UHGV virus genome: UHGV-1843114
Strand: one strand, 5' to 3'
Length of the DNA: 10,751 nt
DNA from: a virus
Positions 5,729-10,751 of the stretch are shown piece by piece (position 1 is the first letter of the stretch; each line of letters starts with the position of its first letter). The notes beneath the pieces were generated by a model. It worked only from the letters and a program-made list of their open reading frames with translations, ran no database searches and had not been told where the DNA came from. The position numbers were made by a program, and so were the translations under genes.

Positions 5729-6028
5729 ATGAACGTTAATCAGCAGAAAAATCTTCAAAAAATCATGCTGGCATTCGACAAGGACTACCGCCTGTCAGAA
5801 CAGCTATATGACCGACAAGTTGAACTGATTGAGAGCATCCGACTTCATCAACTGTCCTCAACTTTCGACGTTGTAACAGGCAAAGGCGTTCGTCAGGAAG
5901 TGCTGGAGGCTGCTAAAGACAGCCCTGAGTTCGAAGAACTGATGGATTCCTACCGGCGCGAGGCAATGGCAATTATCGCCCGCTGGGATCTGGCGGATCG
6001 GATTGATGGGCAGAGGGAAGCGGCATGA
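5729..6028 (+). CDS. Hypothetical protein (99 aa) upstream of the exonuclease
   Basis: ATG at 5729 with SD GGGAGG 7 nt upstream; preferred over the track's 5714 start. Stop overlaps the exonuclease start (ATGATG at 6025-6030). No family recognised. Confidence 0.7.
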   Translation: MNVNQQKNLQKIMLAFDKDYRLSEQLYDRQVELIESIRLHQLSSTFDVVTGKGVRQEVLEAAKDSPEFEELMDSYRREAMAIIARWDLADRIDGQREAA

Positions 6029-6924
6029 TGCAGAACGCTGGAATCATGGATAGAACAAAATACATCGGAGGAAGCGATGTTGCAGGGATTCTTGGAATTA
6101 GCCCATGGCGCACCCCGCTTGAGGTTTATCTGGATAAGGTCCAGCCACGTGTCAAACCAGTAGACCCAAGCAAGCAGAAAGTTTTCACGCGTGGCCAGCG
6201 TATGGAGCCATACGTAATAGACCTGCTTTCTGAGGAAACAGGGATGGAAATCGTTCATCGCGGAAACCGCTATATCCACCGTGATTACGATTTTATTGCA
6301 GCTGAGATCGATGCAGAAGCAGCGTCAGGCGAGAACATTGAGATCAAAACAGTTAGTCCGTTCAAAGCCAAAGAATGGGGAGAAATCCAGACAGATGCAA
6401 TTCCTGTGCATTACACGGCCCAGGCCATGCACGGGTTGATGGTTACAAACAAACAGGTATGCGTTTTCGGTGTGCTTATCGGTGGCGACGACTTCCGAAT
6501 CTATCGGGTTGAGCGTGATGAAGAAACTATCCAGGCGATCTTAGAAAAAGAAATCGCTTTCTGGGACCGAGTGAAAAATCTTAACCCGCCGGAAGCTACC
6601 AGCGTAAGCGATGTATCGCTGATGTTTGAGAAAGATGCAGGGACAAGTATCGAGGCTGACGGAAAGGCACTCGCACTATTCAACGATCTACGAGACATGA
6701 AGTCACGCAGAAAATCACTGGAAGAAGAAATAGCTATATCAGAAGAGAAGCTGAAGATGTACATGCAAGAGCACTCAGTCCTGACCCTGGACGGAAAGCC
6801 GCTCTGCACATGGAAATCTCAGATCAGCAACAGATTCGACCAGAAGCTATTCCAGTCAGTACACCCTGAGTTATTCGAAAAATTCAAAACAACAACGACA
6901 CAACGCGTCTTCAGAATGAAGTAA
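6025..6924 (+). CDS. YqaJ-type viral exonuclease (lambda Exo-like recombination exonuclease)
   Basis: Motifs ...YIGGSDVAGILGISPWRTPLEVY... and ...IEIKTVSPFKAKEWGE...VHYTAQAMHGLMVTNK...FWDRV... match the YqaJ-like PD-(D/E)XK recombinase family (memory). Directly upstream of recT. Start is 6025 or 6028 (or 6046). Confidence 0.85.
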   Translation: MMQNAGIMDRTKYIGGSDVAGILGISPWRTPLEVYLDKVQPRVKPVDPSKQKVFTRGQRMEPYVIDLLSEETGMEIVHRGNRYIHRDYDFIAAEIDAEAASGENIEIKTVSPFKAKEWGEIQTDAIPVHYTAQAMHGLMVTNKQVCVFGVLIGGDDFRIYRVERDEETIQAILEKEIAFWDRVKNLNPPEATSVSDVSLMFEKDAGTSIEADGKALALFNDLRDMKSRRKSLEEEIAISEEKLKMYMQEHSVLTLDGKPLCTWKSQISNRFDQKLFQSVHPELFEKFKTTTTQRVFRMK

Positions 6925-6933
6925 GGAGAAAAA

Positions 6934-7956
6934 ATGTCTATCAATGCACTTAAGGCAGCGGCTACCGGTAACCAAGTTGCACATCATAATGAGAAACCAA
7001 CAACTCTGGCCGGACTTCTGGCAGACCCAAAAATTAAAGCTCAGATGGCTTTGGCACTTCCAAAGCACATGACAGCAGACCGTCTGGCGCGCATAGCAAC
7101 CACAGAGATCCGAAAGGTTCCAAAACTTGCATCATGCGACCAAGCCAGCTTCCTGGGGGCAATTATGCAATGTGCCCAATTGGGTCTTGAACCAGGCGGA
7201 GCTCTTGGACACGCTTACCTGATACCGTTCGACAAACGCCAGAAAGTAAATGGAAGATGGGAAACCGTATCTACAGAAGCACAGCTGATTATCGGCTATC
7301 GCGGAATGATTGACCTTGCCCGCCGCTCTGGGCAGATCCTGAGTATCTCGGCTCGTACCGTACATACAAACGACAAATTCAGCTACTCATACGGCCTGGA
7401 AGAAACGCTCGAGCATTTACCTTGCGAAACAGGTGACCGCGGAGAATTAACGCACGTTTACGCCGTTGCACGACTGAAAGATGGCGGAGTCCAATTTGAA
7501 GTTATGAGCCGGGCAGACATTGAGAAAGTTCGTGCACTGAGCAAAGCCGGTAGCAGTGGCCCATGGGTTGATCACTTCGATGAGATGGCTAAAAAAACAG
7601 TAATTCGCCGACTATTCAAATATCTTCCTGTTTCTATTGAAATGCAGAAGGCTGTTGTTATGGATGAGCGCGCTGAAGCTGGACTTAGCCAAGATAACGC
7701 AGCTGTTATCACTGGTGAATATTCCGTAGTTGACGATGAGCGTCAACACCTGTCGCCAATTTCAGATTCAGAACGAGAAGAAGCTCGAGAATATATCATC
7801 GCGATACTTAATAGCCTGGATCCATCTGCTGAAGATGCAAAAACGATGTTCAAGCGCGCTGAAAATGAGATTAACACCATGGCTGAAAAGCTCGGTGATG
7901 AATATCACCAAAAATTCATGATGACGCTTAACGATATGCGTCCAGAATTCGAGTAA
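6934..7956 (+). CDS. recT: RecT-family single-strand annealing recombinase
   Basis: 340-aa ORF with SD AAGGAG 7 nt upstream. RecT-like segments ...GHAYLIPFDKRQKVNGRWET...LIIGYRGMIDLARRSGQ.... Paired with the YqaJ-type exonuclease. Confidence 0.9.
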   Translation: MSINALKAAATGNQVAHHNEKPTTLAGLLADPKIKAQMALALPKHMTADRLARIATTEIRKVPKLASCDQASFLGAIMQCAQLGLEPGGALGHAYLIPFDKRQKVNGRWETVSTEAQLIIGYRGMIDLARRSGQILSISARTVHTNDKFSYSYGLEETLEHLPCETGDRGELTHVYAVARLKDGGVQFEVMSRADIEKVRALSKAGSSGPWVDHFDEMAKKTVIRRLFKYLPVSIEMQKAVVMDERAEAGLSQDNAAVITGEYSVVDDERQHLSPISDSEREEAREYIIAILNSLDPSAEDAKTMFKRAENEINTMAEKLGDEYHQKFMMTLNDMRPEFE

Positions 7957-8005
7957 CCACCACCGCGGCGCCACACGCGCCGCACTGCAACCAAGAGAGG
8001 TATTT

Positions 8006-8254
8006 ATGAAAGGTGCATTAGGTAAGAAGGAACTCCTGGCGGTGGTGCCACTGTCATGGAGCACTATCGACCGTATGGAGCGCGCAGGTGAATTTCCTAA
8101 ACGCTGGTATATCACTGACAAACGCTGCGCATGGAACCGTGACGAAGTTGAGCGTTGGCTTGATGAACGTCAGGCAGCAAGCCCGGCAGAGTTCCAGGGT
8201 AAAAAGCCTCCTGTTCAGCAACGTGTATATCGTCCTGTGAGCAACGCTGCATGA
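8006..8254 (+). CDS. AlpA-family phage regulatory protein / excisionase-like HTH protein
   Basis: 82-aa ORF with SD AGAGAGG. ...LSWSTIDRMERAGEFPKRWYITDKRCAWNRDEVERWL... matches the AlpA/Xis-type pattern (memory). This family is typically found near P4-type integrases. Confidence 0.8.
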   Translation: MKGALGKKELLAVVPLSWSTIDRMERAGEFPKRWYITDKRCAWNRDEVERWLDERQAASPAEFQGKKPPVQQRVYRPVSNAA

Positions 8255-8363
8255 GTGTGCTGCTAAGGCACTGGAGCAAATGGTCAGGATGGTACTTATT
8301 CCTGGCCTCTGTTTCAGCATGGCTTTATCTGCTGGCATTAATTTTCAGAGAGGGTTGGATTAA

Positions 8364-8663
8364 GTGAGAAAGTTAAGCCGACTTGAAAAATATCACATGA
8401 ACAAGGTTTCAATGCGCAGTCCGTCAAAGATTGTCGCCGTTACTCCTGCGGCGATAGAGATCGAAAAACGCGCGATTGAAAGAGAGAAAAAAGGGCAGTT
8501 CCGCATTGCCGCTCACCTTTGGCTTCAGTGTATGGATGTTGCTTCTGGTGATGTTGAGCGTGCAAGGATCGCGGTTCGCAGGGACCAATGTATCACAAAA
8601 GGTAACGGCCTTCGCCGTGGAGACTATAGCGGTATAGGATGTTGCGGGGTGGTTTATGACTAA
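8364..8663 (+). CDS. Small regulator, ANR-like (AraC negative regulator family) candidate
   Basis: ORF with uncertain start (GTG 8364, ATG 8397 or ATG 8415). ...FRIAAHLWLQCMDVASGDVERARIAVRRDQC... fits the ANR-family pattern as I remember it. Its 3' end overlaps the methyltransferase start by 8 nt. Confidence 0.5.
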   Translation: MRKLSRLEKYHMNKVSMRSPSKIVAVTPAAIEIEKRAIEREKKGQFRIAAHLWLQCMDVASGDVERARIAVRRDQCITKGNGLRRGDYSGIGCCGVVYD

Positions 8664-9306
8664 GAAATACACACTAATCTATGCAGATCCACCCTGGGTA
8701 TACCGGGACAAAGCCGCAGATGGTAATCGCGGTGCCGGTTTTAAATATCCGGTTATGAGTGTGCTGGATATCTGCCGCCTTCCTGTGTGGGATTTGGCCG
8801 ATGAAAACTGTCTGTTGGCCATGTGGTGGGTGCCAACACAACCACTCGAAGCACTAAAAGTTGTTGAAACCTGGGGATTCCGTCTGATGACGATGAAGGG
8901 CTTCACGTGGATAAAATGTGGTAGTCGACAACCAGATAAACTGGTTATGGGTATGGGACACATGACTCGCGCCAATAGTGAAGATTGCCTGTTTGCGGTA
9001 AAGGGAAAACTACCTACGCGCATTAATGCAGGGATCGTTTAGTCATTTACCGCACCGCGGCTTGAGCATTCAAGAAAGCCAGATATCGTTCGTGAAAAAC
9101 TTGTGCAATTATTAGGCGATGTTTCTCGCATTGAACTGTTCGCCCGCCAGACGTCTCATGGCTTCGATGTTTGGGGTAATCAGTGCGAAGACCCGGCAGT
9201 GCAACTACACCCTGGATACGCGTTGGATATTGGCGGATTAACAAATGCATTCAGCAATGCTCCGCTGTCACCAACAGACAACCAGGGGCGGGAGCGTGCT
9301 GCATGA
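8656..9306 (+). pseudogene. MT-A70-family DNA N6-adenine methyltransferase interrupted by a single in-frame TAG at 9040-9042
   Basis: The N-terminal ORF (8656-9042) carries the catalytic motif ADPPW. The same frame continues after the TAG as SFTAPRLEHSRKPDIVREKLVQLLGDVSRIELFARQTSHGFDVWGNQ..., which contains the family's conserved HSRKP and ELFAR...WGN motifs, to a stop at 9304-9306. The track splits it into two ORFs in the same frame. Confidence 0.75.
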
Positions 9307-9497
9307 ACAGGGCATCACCAGCAGATTTAAGAAAATGCCTTGAAACTGCAAACATGCTTGCACACAGCGGGATCAGGTTTGTTCCAATTCCCGCTGTCAC
9401 TGATGCTGAATTTGCAACACTGTCAGCAATATTCGAAAACAAAATTGAATCACTGGCAGCAGAAGCAGAGATGGAAGAAAATCAGCAGAACTATTAA
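9303..9497 (+). CDS. Hypothetical small protein (64 aa)
   Basis: ATG at 9303 overlaps the methyltransferase-frame stop (ATGA). Translation MNRASPADLRKCLETANMLAHSGIRFVPIPAVTDAEFATLSAIFENKIESLAAEAEMEENQQNY. The track's longer 9183 start is less likely. Convergent with the integrase. Confidence 0.55.
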   Translation: MNRASPADLRKCLETANMLAHSGIRFVPIPAVTDAEFATLSAIFENKIESLAAEAEMEENQQNY

Positions 9498-9500
9498 ACG

Positions 9501-10751
9501 TTATTCCCCCGCCATCCACTTCTCAAACTTCGACGGGGAGAACGGAATCAGATCCGTATGCTCCCCGTCAATCCATGAATCAATCATATCGGCCCACTGC
9601 TGCAACATGTAGGCGCGCTGTCTGGCGTATTCCGCTTTGTTATATACGGCGCGCACACCTTTCTGCTCATGTGCCAGAGCCTTTTCAATCCAGTCTGAAG
9701 GATAACCAGCCTCATGCAACAACGTACTGGCTGTACGGCGCATATCATGTACAGTGAAGTCCTGAATATGCTCACCATCTTCATTTATTATTTTCACCGT
9801 TCTGTCGATCAGAGAGTTCAGCGCGGCATTAGATAATGGCTTCCGGAAATTGTAACGACCAGGAACCAGATATTCACTTCCACCAGCGCACATCTGCAAC
9901 CCGACCAATATATCCTGTGCCTGTTTAGGCAGGTAAATAACGTGCGCCCGGCTTCCCTTCATGCGGTCTGGAGGAATTGTCCATGTCCATTTTTTAAAAT
10001 CTATTTCATCCCACGTTGCATTGGTGAATTCGCCCTTACGAACCATAGTGATAAGCACCAGTTTTAAAGCCATTTTCATAGTGCCCATAGCACCAATGGC
10101 ATCCAGCGTGCGGAAGAACAGGCCAATTTCTTCTGGTGTCAGTGTTCGCTCTCGTGGTTTAAATATGGCGATAGACGAAGGTTTAATGTCAGCCGCAGGA
10201 TTAAACAAACCATGACCACGGTCATTGGCGTGACGGTATACGCTACTGATGATCTCCCTGGCCTGCACTGCTGTTGCCCGGCCACCGCGTTCGACAATCC
10301 GGTCACACAAATCACGAACCATCGATGTGGTAATTTCAGCCATCATTTTATTGCCAAGAACCGGAAGTATGTCACGGTCGATCACCGCCTGTTTCATTGC
10401 GCGGGTACTGTCAGCCAGGATGACGTGTTTCATATAACTGTCGGTATGTACCGCAAACGTCTCGGCACCACGAATCTTTTTGATACCGTCACGTTTAGCC
10501 GCAGCCGGTGACTGGCCTGCTTTAAGCAGCTTCTTTGCAGCAATCAGTTCTTCTCGCGCTTCTGCCAGGCTGATACCGTCACGCCCATACTGCCCGATTA
10601 CCAGTGTTTCGCGGCGACCGTTGATACGGTAGTCATAGCGAAACGAGACCGTGCCTGACGTAAGCACAGCTACATACAGCCCGTCACGATCGGAGACCTT
10701 GTACAGTTTGTCCTGCGGCTTGAGGTTTTTTAATTTTGTATCGGTAAGCAC
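9501..10751 (-). CDS. int: Tyrosine site-specific integrase, P4-type; N-terminus at or just beyond the right window edge
   Basis: N-terminal ...LTDTKLKNLKPQDKLYKVSDRDGLYVAVLTSGTVSFRYDYRINGRRETL... is the typical P4-family integrase arm domain. C-terminal catalytic signature HDMRRTASTLL ... ALAHE...VRAVYNKAEY (H-x-x-R and the Tyr nucleophile). The frame is open to the last base of the window. Confidence 0.9.
   Translation of the reverse strand: MLTDTKLKNLKPQDKLYKVSDRDGLYVAVLTSGTVSFRYDYRINGRRETLVIGQYGRDGISLAEAREELIAAKKLLKAGQSPAAAKRDGIKKIRGAETFAVHTDSYMKHVILADSTRAMKQAVIDRDILPVLGNKMMAEITTSMVRDLCDRIVERGGRATAVQAREIISSVYRHANDRGHGLFNPAADIKPSSIAIFKPRERTLTPEEIGLFFRTLDAIGAMGTMKMALKLVLITMVRKGEFTNATWDEIDFKKWTWTIPPDRMKGSRAHVIYLPKQAQDILVGLQMCAGGSEYLVPGRYNFRKPLSNAALNSLIDRTVKIINEDGEHIQDFTVHDMRRTASTLLHEAGYPSDWIEKALAHEQKGVRAVYNKAEYARQRAYMLQQWADMIDSWIDGEHTDLIPFSPSKFEKWMAGE

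Noticed and set aside
5714-6028. Start at 5714 for the 99-aa gene (MGGLIMNVNQ...)
   Set aside because: The ATG at 5729 is preceded by GGGAGG at ideal spacing, and that SD would lie inside the coding region if 5714 were the start. It also lets the upstream 50-aa ORF terminate cleanly at 5724-5726.
5574-6028. N-like antiterminator among the first early-left ORFs
   Set aside because: Neither ORF has an arginine-rich N-terminal motif, and no boxA/boxB-like element was seen between the promoter and the first ORF.
7961-7986. GC-rich hairpin (GCGGCGC-cacac-GCGCCGC) just after recT as an intrinsic terminator
   Set aside because: No U-tract follows it on either strand, and the AlpA-like gene's SD starts about 15 nt later. 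It may be an RNA structure, but I cannot support a terminator call.
6501-8338. Minus-strand ORFs overlapping the exonuclease, recT and AlpA-like genes (6501-6809, 6871-7068, 7132-7365, 7768-8121, 8054-8338)
   Set aside because: Opposite strand of strongly supported genes; the compositional bias is consistent with antisense reading of those genes.
8424-10511. ORFs antisense to or nested in the methyltransferase and integrase (8424-8672, 8679-9023, 9047-9250, 9251-9442, 9340-9612, 9575-9784, 9961-10215, 10212-10511)
   Set aside because: All overlap recognisable genes on the other strand or in another frame and have no independent support.
1-10751. tRNA, rRNA or CRISPR features
   Set aside because: I found no cloverleaf-compatible segment, no rRNA-like sequence and no repeat-spacer array. 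The tRNA expected next to a P4-type integrase would lie beyond the right window edge.

Overview
From reading the sequence only (no searches run; all homology calls are from memory), this window is the early-region half of a lambdoid-type prophage, bounded on the left by an IS10-family insertion and on the right by a P4-type tyrosine integrase. Left to right: the 3' 471 bp of IS10 (1-471), whose end truncates a small PD-(D/E)XK-fold gene; a minus-strand early-right operon (Cro-like, Zn-ribbon protein at the cII position, O-like initiator with iterons inside the gene, lambda-P-like helicase loader, a DUF1064-type nuclease-fold protein, three translationally coupled unknown genes); a plus-strand immunity repressor with two HTH motifs and no LexA-like peptidase domain; a plus-strand early-left operon (two unknown ORFs, YqaJ-type exonuclease, RecT); a cargo module (AlpA-like regulator, ANR-like small regulator, an MT-A70 adenine methyltransferase interrupted by one in-frame TAG, a 64-aa unknown protein); and the integrase running in from the right edge. 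The most notable observations are a 17-bp inverted-repeat operator family (ATTACC-N5-GGTAAT, 8 copies, three at ectopic positions), the amber-interrupted methyltransferase, the IS10-truncated nuclease-fold gene, and the lack of any recognisable N-like antiterminator. No CRISPR array, tRNA or rRNA was seen. I did not find a clear novel multi-gene system; the best candidates for undescribed function are the coupled three-gene block at 640-1960 and the cargo module at 8006-9497.
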